NCBI GenBank assembly: GCA_010029945.1
Contig: RGQW01000001.1
Location: 1 to 54,255, forward strand
DNA: 54,255 bases
Direction: 5' to 3'
From: Actinomycetota bacterium
Lineage (GTDB): Bacteria > Actinomycetota > Actinomycetes > S36-B12
Shown: positions 1 to 9,288 of the stretch, piece after piece
Layout: each line of letters starts with the position of its first letter
How positions within the stretch are numbered: the stretch's first letter is position 1
Translations under genes and position numbers: made by a program
Notes under the pieces: model-generated
The model's database searches: none
Seen by the model: the letters and a program-made list of their open reading frames with translations, nothing else
Told to the model about the DNA's origin: nothing

Positions 1-47
1 TTACCCTTGGCTGTGTAGGGGTATTTCTTACCATTCACCATCGGCAT
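1..47 (-). CDS. Partial small basic ORF (MPMVNGKKYPYTAKG...), possibly phage-derived; runs off the window edge
   Basis: ATG at 47 directly follows the TAA at 48-50. SD-like AAGGAG lies just upstream (gcAAGGAGagactaaATG). Sits in the low-GC terminal segment. The resemblance to small Lys-rich phage proteins is from memory only. Confidence 0.4.
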   Translation of the reverse strand, partial: MPMVNGKKYPYTAKG

Positions 48-158
48 TTAGTCTCTCCTTGCTCCAAAACCCAACCGTCTATGCGGTGTCTGTGAATTTC
101 TAATCCAGTGTGCTTTTTGTTGCGGATATCGCTCAGAAAGATATTTCCGCATGTCTCG
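1..158. other. Compositionally foreign low-GC segment joined to argB (chimeric join or insertion)
   Basis: Hand count gives 71 G+C in the first 160 nt (44%), against roughly 65% elsewhere. ArgB similarity ends abruptly at ...TGQVQREIV. Confidence 0.8.
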
Positions 159-500
159 AACGATCTCTCGCTGCACTTGTCCAGTGAGCACCATCTCGAC
201 CACCTGCATCACCTCCGGTGTGGTGACGCGCAGGCCGCCCCGGAATTCTGATTCGATGCCGAGTTGTTCGAGCATCGCATTGATTTGCGGCCCTCCTCCG
301 TGGACGACGACCGGACGCAGACCTGCGAGCCGTAAGAAGACGACATCCTCGGCGAACGCGGCCGTCAGGTCCGCGTCGACCATTGCGTTGCCGCCGAATT
401 TCACCACCACCGTCGCCCCATGGAATCGCCGCAACCAAGGAAGGGCGCCGGCGAGAACCGCTGCCTTGTCCTTGGCTTCGTCGATAGATCGATTCGTCAT
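48..500 (-). CDS. argB: Acetylglutamate kinase, N-terminal ~114 aa only, fused in frame to ~36 unrelated residues (truncated/chimeric)
   Basis: [20 protein letters not shown] and GLRVTT motifs; follows argC-argJ; SD AGGAG. Full ArgB is about 300 aa. Confidence 0.9.
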   Translation of the reverse strand: MTNRSIDEAKDKAAVLAGALPWLRRFHGATVVVKFGGNAMVDADLTAAFAEDVVFLRLAGLRPVVVHGGGPQINAMLEQLGIESEFRGGLRVTTPEVMQVVEMVLTGQVQREIVRDMRKYLSERYPQQKAHWIRNSQTPHRRLGFGARRD

Positions 501-508
501 TCCCGCTC

Positions 509-1729
509 CTAGGTGGAATACGCCGAGTTCTCATGGACGTAATCGGCGGTCAGGTCGTTCGTCCATACCGTGACCGTCGAGGGGCCTGCCTTCAGGTGAA
601 CGTCGATGACGACATCGCGTTGACTCATGTCGACTCCCTCACGCGGGTCGCCGACTCCGCCACCTCGGCACACCGTGACGCCGTTGATCGCGACATCGAC
701 ATGATCGGACTCGAAGGCGGCCGTGGTGGTTCCCAAAGCAGACAGGACCCTGCCCCAATTCGGATCTTCTCCGTGGATGGCGCACTTGAGCAGATTGCTC
801 CGCGCAATAGTCCGGGCAGCCTCGAGTGCGTCGCTCTCACTTTCTGCTTCATGCACGGTGATGGCGATGTCCTTGGAGGCTCCCTCGGCATCGGCGATTA
901 ATTGCTGCGCAAGGTCGACACACAGATCCGTCAGGACTGTGGTGAATTCGTCGATGTCCGGCGCCGTCTGGGCGGAGCCACTGGCCATCACGATGACGGC
1001 GTCGTTCGTGGACATGCATCCATCAGAGTCGATTCGGTCGAAACTCACCGAGGTCGCGTGCCGCAGGGCTGCATCGAGCGCCGCGGCGGGAACATCCGCA
1101 TCGGTAGTGATGAAAACGAGCATCGTCGCCAGGCCGGGAGCGAGCATGCCGGCGCCCTTGGCCATGCCACCTACGACGTAGCCGTCGCCTTCGCGTACCG
1201 CGGTCTTGGGAACGGTGTCGGTCGTCATGATCGCCTCGGCCGCGCTCTGGCCGGCCATCGACGACCCGTCGTCCGACATGGATCCCGACGGCGGATCAAC
1301 AGCAGCACCTGGTGCCCCAACGTCGACAACGACGGTGTCGATGCCGGCATTCACCAGGTCCATCGGGAGAAGTTCACCGATCAAACCCGTCGAGCACACC
1401 AGGACGTCACCGGCGCCGATCTCCCGGCCACCCGCCTGCAGTGCGGCAGCAGTGCGCTCGGCCATGGTGTGGCTATCAGCGAACCCTTGAGGTCCGGTGC
1501 ACGCGTTCGCTCCCCCAGAATTCACGATCACCGCACGAGCGCTGCCGTCGGCTATGACCTGACGCGACCACAGCACCGGAGCCGCAGGAAAGCGGTTGCT
1601 GGTGAACACAGCCGCCGCAGCATCTGATGGTCCATCGTTGACGATGATCGCGAGGTCTCGCCGTCCCGATGGCTTGATGCCCGCGGCTATTCCCAGCGCC
1701 CGGAACCCTTGCGCAGCGGTCACGCTCAT
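509..1729 (-). CDS. argJ: Bifunctional ornithine acetyltransferase/N-acetylglutamate synthase
   Basis: [30 protein letters not shown] (autocleavage site), DPNWGR, C-terminal ENSAYST. Start at 1729 via ATGA overlap with argC. Confidence 0.97.
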   Translation of the reverse strand: MSVTAAQGFRALGIAAGIKPSGRRDLAIIVNDGPSDAAAAVFTSNRFPAAPVLWSRQVIADGSARAVIVNSGGANACTGPQGFADSHTMAERTAAALQAGGREIGAGDVLVCSTGLIGELLPMDLVNAGIDTVVVDVGAPGAAVDPPSGSMSDDGSSMAGQSAAEAIMTTDTVPKTAVREGDGYVVGGMAKGAGMLAPGLATMLVFITTDADVPAAALDAALRHATSVSFDRIDSDGCMSTNDAVIVMASGSAQTAPDIDEFTTVLTDLCVDLAQQLIADAEGASKDIAITVHEAESESDALEAARTIARSNLLKCAIHGEDPNWGRVLSALGTTTAAFESDHVDVAINGVTVCRGGGVGDPREGVDMSQRDVVIDVHLKAGPSTVTVWTNDLTADYVHENSAYST

Positions 1730-2760
1730 GGCGCAATCCCGATGAGATCGAGTCCGCACGCCTCGTCGAGCCCGAGCATGAGATTGGCATTCTGAATTGC
1801 TTGACCGGCAGCTCCCTTACCGAGGTTGTCGATAACCGAAACGACGATGACCCGACCGGCGTGCTCGTCTACCGAGACCTGCACCTGGGCTCCGTTGGTG
1901 CCGAGCACCGCACCGGTCGTCGGCCACTGCCCCTCGTCGAGCACCGTGACGAACTGCTCGTCGGAGTAGGCGGCGCGAATGATCGCGCCGGGATCGTGTC
2001 CCGGCAAAACCGGAGCAGAGCACGTAGCGACGATTCCTCGAGGCATCGGGGCGAGCAACGGTGTGAAAGACACCCGAACAGCAGAAGGATCCTCGCCTGC
2101 CGCGGCCGCGATGGACTGCTCCATCTCCGGGGTGTGCTGATGGATGCCGCCAACTTTGTAGGCCGACATCGAACCCATCACCGATGTGGCGAGCAGTGAG
2201 TCGCTGGGTTTACGCCCGGCACCAGAGGTGCCCGATGCCGCAACGACAACGATGTCCGTTGAATCGATGGCCGCCGCATGCGCCAACGGCGCAAGAGCGA
2301 GTGCTACCGCCGTCGGGTAGCAGCCCGGGTTGGCGACGCGGGTGCTGGCGGCTATCTGGCCGCGAACTCCCGGGAGTTCGGCAAGGCCGTACGTCCAGGA
2401 TCCGGCGTGCGTGCCGCCGTAGAACGCGGTCCAGGCGTCGGAGGAGACCAACCGGAAGTCCGCACCCAGATCCACCACCAATGTTTCTGCGGGCAGTTGT
2501 TCGACCAGAGCGGCTGACTCCCCGTGGGGCAGTGCCGTGAAGACCAGGTCGGCTTGCCCGAGAACCGACGGCGTTGTTTCGTCGAGAATCAACCCAGCCC
2601 AGGGCGTTGCTGAAAATTGCGGGTGAACTGCCCCGAGGGCCTCCCCTGCTCGCCCGGCAGCGCACGCAGCGATGAGGTCGAAGGTGGGGTGCTGCGCCAG
2701 ATAGCGCAGGAGTTCACCCCCTGCGTACCCCGAGGCGCCGGCTACCGCGACAGTGGTCAT
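1726..2760 (-). CDS. argC: N-acetyl-gamma-glutamyl-phosphate reductase
   Basis: GASGYAGGEL, ANPGCYPT, SGTSGAGR, DNLGKGAAGQA motifs. Confidence 0.97.
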   Translation of the reverse strand: MTTVAVAGASGYAGGELLRYLAQHPTFDLIAACAAGRAGEALGAVHPQFSATPWAGLILDETTPSVLGQADLVFTALPHGESAALVEQLPAETLVVDLGADFRLVSSDAWTAFYGGTHAGSWTYGLAELPGVRGQIAASTRVANPGCYPTAVALALAPLAHAAAIDSTDIVVVAASGTSGAGRKPSDSLLATSVMGSMSAYKVGGIHQHTPEMEQSIAAAAGEDPSAVRVSFTPLLAPMPRGIVATCSAPVLPGHDPGAIIRAAYSDEQFVTVLDEGQWPTTGAVLGTNGAQVQVSVDEHAGRVIVVSVIDNLGKGAAGQAIQNANLMLGLDEACGLDLIGIAP

Positions 2761-2763
2761 GGG

Positions 2764-2791
2764 AAAAGTATACGCATATGCACATACTTTT
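2764..2791. promoter_or_regulatory. AT-rich 28-bp imperfect palindrome overlapping the argC -10 (probable repressor operator, likely ArgR)
   Basis: AAAAGTAT-AC-GCATATGC-AC-ATACTTTT. Contains TATACT on the minus strand (2767-2772), 6 nt before the argC ATG. Confidence 0.65.
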
Positions 2792-2829
2792 TACCCCCGG
2801 GACCATGTCCGGTGCCTGATGAGCGCCCG

Positions 2830-5307
2830 TTACCGCAACCGCGCCCCCACGTCCGCGGACGTGCTCTGCACGATCGATTCACGAATACCGGCCAACTCCT
2901 CGGCGCTGAGCGTTCGATCCGGGGCCCGGAAACGAAGGGCGAATGCCACCGACTTATGTCCGTCGGGCACCTGGTCGCCCTCGTAGACGTCGAACAGTGA
3001 CAGGCTCTCGAGTAGCTCGCCCGCTCCCCTCTCGATCGACGCCGCCACGTCGCGCGCGGAGACATCACCGGCCACCACCAAGGCGATGTCCTCTTTGGCG
3101 ATCGGATGAGAGGAGAAATCCGGTGCGGGCCGAACCTCGGGGCTGGACTCGATGGCGCGGGATATGTCGAGCTCCAGCGCACACGAGCGAGGCGGCAGCC
3201 CCCAGGCCTCGGTGACAGCGGGATGAAGCTCACCGGCGATCGCCACCGGCTCACCGTCGACCATCACCTGGGCGCACCGACCCGGGTGAAAGGACGGATC
3301 GTCGCCTCGCTCGACAACGTATTCCACGCCGAGCACCTGGCAGACATCCTGAGCAACCGACAGGGCATCGGCCCAGGTGAATGCCTCGGCGTCATCGGCC
3401 CAGGTCTTCGCCACTCGATTTCCCGTGAACACGGCACCCAGGTGCGTCGGCTGATCGGGAAGAAGGTCCTGCAACTGCTGCCACTCTTCGTCGCTGGGGC
3501 GCTGGTCGACTCCAGGTCGCGGAGCATGCTGCGATCCCGCAGGTCCGCGGAATACCGCACCCATCTCGAATATCGCCGCGTCGTCGAAACCCCGACTGAC
3601 GTTTCGTTGAGCCGCCACGAGCAACGTCGGAAGGATCGCTGCACGAAGCTTCGGCTGTTCGTCGGAAAGAGGATTCGCCAAGCGCGGTGACACGCGCCGC
3701 TCATCATCGTCGGGCCAGCGCAGAGCATCGGCGTCCGCATCCGATGTGAACGGGTACGTCAGCACCTCCACCAAACCACGCGCCGCGAGCACCATGCCGA
3801 TGCGCCGCCGCAATCGCTGAGCGTGCGTCAGGCCATGTCCGGCAGGAGCCGTGGGAAGGGTGGACGGCAGTTTCGCGTACCCCACGAGGCGCACAACTTC
3901 CTCGACGAGATCGGCCGGGTCGGTGAGGTCCGGACGCCATGAGGGCGGGGCAACGCTCAACTCGCTTCCATCGACGGTTACCGAGCACCCGATAGCTTCG
4001 AGTGTGGCGATCACGTCATGGACAGGAATGTCCATTCCTGCAACCTGCGAGGGCAGGTCACCCGAGATGCGAATGACTCGCTCCTCCATGGGCGCTTCCA
4101 CTGCGGTCATTCCCTGATACGTCCCGCCCGCGAGATCCACCAGCAGCTCGCTGGCTCGGGCCGATGCGACAGGGGCGAGCGCGCGATCGATTCCTCGTTC
4201 GAACCGACGACTGGCTTCACTCGTGAGTCGGTGGCGGCGCCCCATCCTCGCCACGACCTCCGCGCCGAAGTAGGCCGCCTCGAGTGCGATGTTCTCGGTG
4301 TCGTCGGCAATCTCTGTCGTGGCCCCACCCATCGTTCCTGCCAGACCAATGGGTCCACGATCGTCACGGATCGTCAGGTCGTCGACAGACAGCGTGCGCT
4401 CGACATGGTCGATCGTCTCCAGCGACTCCCCCGGCTGCGCTCGACCAGCACGCACCGTTCCCTGCAACGCGTCCAGATCAAAAGCGTGGAGCGGCTGACC
4501 TAGTTCAAGCATCACGTAGTTGGTGATGTCGACCGCAAGCGACACCGATCGCATACCGCAATCCCGGAGGCGATTGCGCATCCATTGCGGCGTCGGCGTA
4601 TGCGGATCGATGCCTGTGATGGTGCGCAAAGTGAACAACGGGCACGCCTCAAGATCATCAGAGGCGCACGCCGCGGGTGCGCGGTCGTCCGCAGGCCCCG
4701 GGAGGGTTTCGGCGCGGTCCACGGGATCGTGGAAGTCCACGCCGTAGGCGATCGCGACTTCGCGCCCGATTCCGCGCAGGGACAGCGCATATCCCCGGTC
4801 GGGGGTGATGGCGATGTCCAGAACATCGTCTCCCGCGCCGAGGATCTGCGACGCGTCGGCGCCGGCCTCCGCCGTGCCCTCGGGCAGCACGATGATGCCC
4901 GCGTGATCATCACCCAGACCGAGTTCACGTTCGGAGCAGATCATTCCGTTTGAGACGTGACCGTACGTCTCGCGAGCCGTGATCGTGAAGTCACCCGGCA
5001 GCGTTGTTCCGGGCGGAGCGACCACCACGAGATCGCCTTCGGTGAAGTTTTGGGCTCCGCAGATGATCCCGCTCGGCTCACCGGCCCCGATGTCGACCTG
5101 ACACCACCGGATCGGCTTCTTGAACTCGGTGAGTTCCTCGATTTCCCGCACGTGACCGACGACGATCGGTCCGGTAAGGCCGGCGCCGACGGTGTCGACG
5201 GTTTCGACCTCGAGTCCGGCAGAAATCAAGCGCTCGGCAACATCGCGTCCGGATTGGTCGGCCGGAACATCGGCGACCTCCCGGATCCACGACAAAGGAA
5301 TACGCAT
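2830..5307 (-). CDS. pheT: Phenylalanine--tRNA ligase beta subunit
   Basis: IICGAQNF, SNGMICSEREL, ITPDRGY, LELGQPLHAFD, RFERG, C-terminal FDX-ACB domain; TGATG coupling with pheS. Confidence 0.98.
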   Translation of the reverse strand: MRIPLSWIREVADVPADQSGRDVAERLISAGLEVETVDTVGAGLTGPIVVGHVREIEELTEFKKPIRWCQVDIGAGEPSGIICGAQNFTEGDLVVVAPPGTTLPGDFTITARETYGHVSNGMICSERELGLGDDHAGIIVLPEGTAEAGADASQILGAGDDVLDIAITPDRGYALSLRGIGREVAIAYGVDFHDPVDRAETLPGPADDRAPAACASDDLEACPLFTLRTITGIDPHTPTPQWMRNRLRDCGMRSVSLAVDITNYVMLELGQPLHAFDLDALQGTVRAGRAQPGESLETIDHVERTLSVDDLTIRDDRGPIGLAGTMGGATTEIADDTENIALEAAYFGAEVVARMGRRHRLTSEASRRFERGIDRALAPVASARASELLVDLAGGTYQGMTAVEAPMEERVIRISGDLPSQVAGMDIPVHDVIATLEAIGCSVTVDGSELSVAPPSWRPDLTDPADLVEEVVRLVGYAKLPSTLPTAPAGHGLTHAQRLRRRIGMVLAARGLVEVLTYPFTSDADADALRWPDDDERRVSPRLANPLSDEQPKLRAAILPTLLVAAQRNVSRGFDDAAIFEMGAVFRGPAGSQHAPRPGVDQRPSDEEWQQLQDLLPDQPTHLGAVFTGNRVAKTWADDAEAFTWADALSVAQDVCQVLGVEYVVERGDDPSFHPGRCAQVMVDGEPVAIAGELHPAVTEAWGLPPRSCALELDISRAIESSPEVRPAPDFSSHPIAKEDIALVVAGDVSARDVAASIERGAGELLESLSLFDVYEGDQVPDGHKSVAFALRFRAPDRTLSAEELAGIRESIVQSTSADVGARLR

Positions 5308-6416
5308 CAGGCATCCACCCCGAAAGCGGTGGTGAAGCGCACGTCACCTTCGACCATGTCGCGCATGTCGGTCACAGAGTTTCGGAACATCAAGGTGCGC
5401 TCGATTCCCATGCCGAAGGCGAAGCCCCGATACACGTCGGTGTCGATTCCGACCGCCGCCAAAACACGCGGATTGACCATGCCGCAGCCGCCCCACTCAA
5501 TCCACCCCTCGCTCCCGCAGGTCCGGCACGCGCGCGAGGCGTCACCAACGGAGGCTCCGCGACACACGAAGCATTCGAGATCGACCTCGGCGCTCGGTTC
5601 GGTGAACGGGAAGTACGAAGGGCGAAGTCGGGTCACAATCCCCTCACCGAACATCTGCCGAGCCAGGTGATCCAACGTTCCCTTGAGGTCACCCATGGTC
5701 AGACCTTCGTCCACCGCCAAGCCTTCGATCTGGTGAAACACCGGGGTGTGGGTCGCGTCGAGTTCGTCGGTCCGGTAGACCCGTCCGGGCGCCACGACGT
5801 AGATGGGCAGCGGACGCTCGAGCATCGCGCGAATCTGAATGGGTGACGTCTGCGTTCGGAGCACCACACCGCTGTCGGCTGACTCGACATAGAAGGTGTC
5901 CTGCATGGTGCGCGCCGGATGATCCGGTGGGACGTTGAGCGCATCGAAGTTCGCCCACTCGGCCTCGGCCTCCGGTCCTTCGGCGATGTCGTACCCCATG
6001 GAGATGAAGACATCGGCCATTCGTTCCATGAGCGTCGTGAGCGGATGTCGACCTCCGACGGCGGCACGACCCACCGGCAGCGTGATGTCGACTGCTTCGG
6101 ACTCGAGCACTCGCGCATCGCGCTCCTGCGTGAGAACCACCTCGCGTTCTTCTAGCGCGCTCTTCACGGCAGCACGGGCTTGCCCCACCCGCTTTCCGAC
6201 GTCCGCTTTCGCGGCCGGGGGCAGCGCTCCGATCTCCCGATTGGCCAGAGCTAAGGGCGAACGGTCCCCCGCATGCGCCAGGCGGGCCGCCTTCAGGGCA
6301 TCCAGATCGTCGGCTGCAGCGAAGGCCGCGCGAGCGTCCGCCACCATCGCTTCGACCGCATCAACGTCGAGGGACGCGACCTGCTTGGGATCGAAATTCG
6401 TGTTGGGACCAGACAT
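5307..6416 (-). CDS. pheS: Phenylalanine--tRNA ligase alpha subunit
   Basis: HPARTMQDTF, LRTQTS, YFPFTEPSAE, GFAFGMGIER; CxxC..CxxC insert as seen in many actinobacterial PheS. Confidence 0.98.
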   Translation of the reverse strand: MSGPNTNFDPKQVASLDVDAVEAMVADARAAFAAADDLDALKAARLAHAGDRSPLALANREIGALPPAAKADVGKRVGQARAAVKSALEEREVVLTQERDARVLESEAVDITLPVGRAAVGGRHPLTTLMERMADVFISMGYDIAEGPEAEAEWANFDALNVPPDHPARTMQDTFYVESADSGVVLRTQTSPIQIRAMLERPLPIYVVAPGRVYRTDELDATHTPVFHQIEGLAVDEGLTMGDLKGTLDHLARQMFGEGIVTRLRPSYFPFTEPSAEVDLECFVCRGASVGDASRACRTCGSEGWIEWGGCGMVNPRVLAAVGIDTDVYRGFAFGMGIERTLMFRNSVTDMRDMVEGDVRFTTAFGVDA

Positions 6417-6442
6417 GGGACGGTCAGTATCCCAGGAACGCT

Positions 6443-8302
6443 CTATTCGCCGAGGACGGCCCGCGCCAGCGTGTCCACCTGGGTGTCGAGGTCACCGGCA
6501 CCGTCCAGGACCACGTCAGCGTTCTCCGGAGCCTCGTAGCTTTGGCCCATACCCGTCATGTTGGGCAGATTCCCCGCCGCTGCCTTCGCATAGAGGCCCT
6601 TCGGGTCGCGCTCAGCACACACCTCCACCGGGGTGTTCACGAACACTTCGAGGAAGTCGCCCTCGTCGAACAACGCAGCCGCGGCCTCGCGATCGGCTCG
6701 ATACGGCGACACCAGTGCGACGAACACCACGAGCCCAGCGTCGCTCATCAACTTGGCGACTTCCGCGACGCGGCGAACATTCTCCGCTCGGTCTTCCGCG
6801 GTGAATCCGAGATCTTTGTTGAGCCCCGTACGAACATTGTCGCCGTCGAGAACGTATGTATGGACGCCCATGGCGTGCAGTCGTCGAACGGTCGAATCTG
6901 CAATCGTCGACTTGCCCGAGCCCGGTAGTCCGGTCAACCAGACCACGCGACTGGGGTGTCCCATCAAAGCGGTGCGGGCCTGATCTGTGACGTCATACTC
7001 ATGCGGGACCACGTTGAAGGCGCGACGCATGGCGTGCCGCACCAGCCCGGCCGCCACGGTGTCCGCCGTCACTCGATCCACCAGCAGGAAGCCACCGGTG
7101 TCTCGGCACCTGTCGTAGGCATCCATCGGGATGGGACGGTCCGTGGCAACTTCAACTCGGCCGATGTCGTTCATCTCGAGTACTCGGGCGGCGCTCTCGT
7201 GCCCGGAGACGACATCGAGTCGGTGGCGAACGTTCGTCACCGTCGCGGGAACCGAGCGGGAGCCCGACACCAGCAGGTAGGACCGACCATGGGCCAGCGG
7301 CTCTTCACCGATCCACACCATGTCGGCGGAGAAACGGTCTGCTGGCTGCAAGGACGTGCCGTCGGGATCCTTCCCCGCCAGCACATCTCCGCGGGTGACG
7401 TCGACCTCGTGATCGAGGGTGATGGTCACCGCCTGGCCGGTGACGGCTGATGTGGCACCGCCCGAGCGGTCCCCGTCGTAGGTGACGATCCGGTCCACTC
7501 GCGCCGTTCGCCCCGAATCAGCGACGGTGACCTCGTCGCCAGAGGAAATGGATCCCGAGACAACCGTTCCCGCGTAGCCGCGGAAGTTGCCCTCCGCGCG
7601 AACGATGAATTGCACGGGGAAGCGAAATCCGGCCGTCTCCTGCACGACCGCGGGCTCCCAATCGGACAAGAACTCCAACAGGGTTGGGCCGGAATACCAC
7701 GGCATGCTCTCCGAGCCGCCGGTGACGTTATCCCCGGCGAACGCACTCATCGGAATGGCGGCCACGTGTGCAACACCCAGTCGCGTCGCGGTCGCCTGCA
7801 CCGTGGCGACGATGTCGTCGAAGGCGGCCTGTTCGTAGTCGACCAAGTCCATCTTGTTCACCGCGATGATGACCGTCGTCACACCCATCAGGGCACAGAC
7901 CGTCAGGTGCCGGTGTGTTTGCGGACGAACACCACGGGCGGCGTCGACGAGCAGAATCGCCACGTCGCCGTTGGAGGCAGCCACCGCCATGTTCCGGGTG
8001 TATTGCTCGTGCCCCGGCGCATCGGCGATGAGCACTCGCCGACCGTTGGGCAGATTCATGTGTCGGTAGGCCACATCGATGGTGATGCCTTGTTCGCGCT
8101 CGGCTTCCAGGCCATCGGTCAGTAAGGAGAAGTCGACTTCGCCGATCGGGATCGTCGAACCTCCCCGACGCGTCGTGCGGGCGTATTCGAGTTGGTCGAC
8201 CGGAACAGAGTCGGTTTCGGCGAGCAGACGGCCGATCAGCGTCGACTTCCCGTCGTCGACGGAACCGCAGGTCACCAGGTGCAGGACCGGGGTTGCCTCC
8301 AT
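6443..8302 (-). CDS. cysNC: Bifunctional sulfate adenylyltransferase subunit 1 / APS kinase (CysN-CysC fusion, NodQ-like), 619 aa
   Basis: GTPase motifs GSVDDGKS, EREQGITIDVAY, DAPGH, NKMD. C-terminal kinase motifs WLTGLPGSGKST, LDGDNVR, RDPKGLY. TAATG coupling with cysD. Confidence 0.95.
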   Translation of the reverse strand: MEATPVLHLVTCGSVDDGKSTLIGRLLAETDSVPVDQLEYARTTRRGGSTIPIGEVDFSLLTDGLEAEREQGITIDVAYRHMNLPNGRRVLIADAPGHEQYTRNMAVAASNGDVAILLVDAARGVRPQTHRHLTVCALMGVTTVIIAVNKMDLVDYEQAAFDDIVATVQATATRLGVAHVAAIPMSAFAGDNVTGGSESMPWYSGPTLLEFLSDWEPAVVQETAGFRFPVQFIVRAEGNFRGYAGTVVSGSISSGDEVTVADSGRTARVDRIVTYDGDRSGGATSAVTGQAVTITLDHEVDVTRGDVLAGKDPDGTSLQPADRFSADMVWIGEEPLAHGRSYLLVSGSRSVPATVTNVRHRLDVVSGHESAARVLEMNDIGRVEVATDRPIPMDAYDRCRDTGGFLLVDRVTADTVAAGLVRHAMRRAFNVVPHEYDVTDQARTALMGHPSRVVWLTGLPGSGKSTIADSTVRRLHAMGVHTYVLDGDNVRTGLNKDLGFTAEDRAENVRRVAEVAKLMSDAGLVVFVALVSPYRADREAAAALFDEGDFLEVFVNTPVEVCAERDPKGLYAKAAAGNLPNMTGMGQSYEAPENADVVLDGAGDLDTQVDTLARAVLGE

Positions 8303-9207
8303 TAGAAATACCCCTCGGCTTTCTTGGATTCCATCGATCCGCCACCTTCGCCGTCGATGAGTCGGCCGGCCCGCTCGGAGATTTTCGACTCCTCCATCTC
8401 CGCGATCAGGGTCGGCAGATCGTCGGCGGTGGACTCGACCGCCCCCGTCAGCGGATAGCAGCCCAGGGTGCGAAAACGCACCGATTTCATCTCCGGCGTC
8501 TCGCCTTGCTCGAGCGGGTAACGGTCGTCGTCGACCATGATCCAGGTGCCATCTCGTTGCACGACGGGGCGTTCTTTGGCGAAATACAGAGCCGGAATCT
8601 CGATGCCTTCGCGCTCGATGTAACGCCACACGTCCAGTTCCGTCCAGTTCGAAAGTGGGAACGCGCGCATGGTTTGACCCTCGGCCAAAGCCGTGTTCGC
8701 GGTCCTCCAGAACTCGGGGCGTTGCTTTCGCGGATCCCACCGGTGCCCGGGCTCCCGCAGGCTAAAGATTCTCTCTTTGGCTCGGCTGCGCTCCTCATCC
8801 CGCCGCGCTCCGCCGATGGCCGCATCGAATCCGTAGTGGTCCAGCCCCTCACGAAGGGCAACCGTCTTCATGATGCGCGTGTACTCGTGCGTTCCATGAC
8901 TGAAGGGGCTCACCCCATCTGCTACCGCCTGCTGGTTCGTGGCGATGCGAAGATCGAGGTTGAGTTCTTGCGCACGTCGATCGCGAAACTCGATCATCTC
9001 GCGAAACTTCCACGTTGTATCGATATGCATGACGGGAAAAGGCAGTGGAGCGGGGTGAAAAGCCTTCAGCGCTAGATGCAGGAGCACCGAGGAGTCTTTG
9101 CCGATGCTGTAGAGGAGAACGGGGTTGCGAAATGCGGCCGCCGTTTCTCGATAGATGTGGATCGCCTCCGATTCCAGTTCGTCGAGAACCGCGCTATAGG
9201 CGACCAC
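8302..9207 (-). CDS. cysD: Sulfate adenylyltransferase subunit 2 (NodP/proteobacterial type)
   Basis: [60 protein letters not shown] start at 9207 after SD GGAGGAG. Confidence 0.96.
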   Translation of the reverse strand: MVAYSAVLDELESEAIHIYRETAAAFRNPVLLYSIGKDSSVLLHLALKAFHPAPLPFPVMHIDTTWKFREMIEFRDRRAQELNLDLRIATNQQAVADGVSPFSHGTHEYTRIMKTVALREGLDHYGFDAAIGGARRDEERSRAKERIFSLREPGHRWDPRKQRPEFWRTANTALAEGQTMRAFPLSNWTELDVWRYIEREGIEIPALYFAKERPVVQRDGTWIMVDDDRYPLEQGETPEMKSVRFRTLGCYPLTGAVESTADDLPTLIAEMEESKISERAGRLIDGEGGGSMESKKAEGYF

Positions 9208-9288
9208 TGCGACTCCTCCCGCTTGTGTGCACGCGTCCACGCCGGCACGCGTGGGGCTTGATGGTAATCCCGAACTTTTCGACCAGGC

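Noticed and set aside
5510..5580. Four-Cys insert in PheS
   Set aside because: Common in PheS of actinobacteria and other phyla; not novel.
8303..8740. 146-aa N-terminal extension of cysNC in the ORF track
   Set aside because: It overlaps cysD in another frame; the real start is the TAATG-coupled ATG at 8302.
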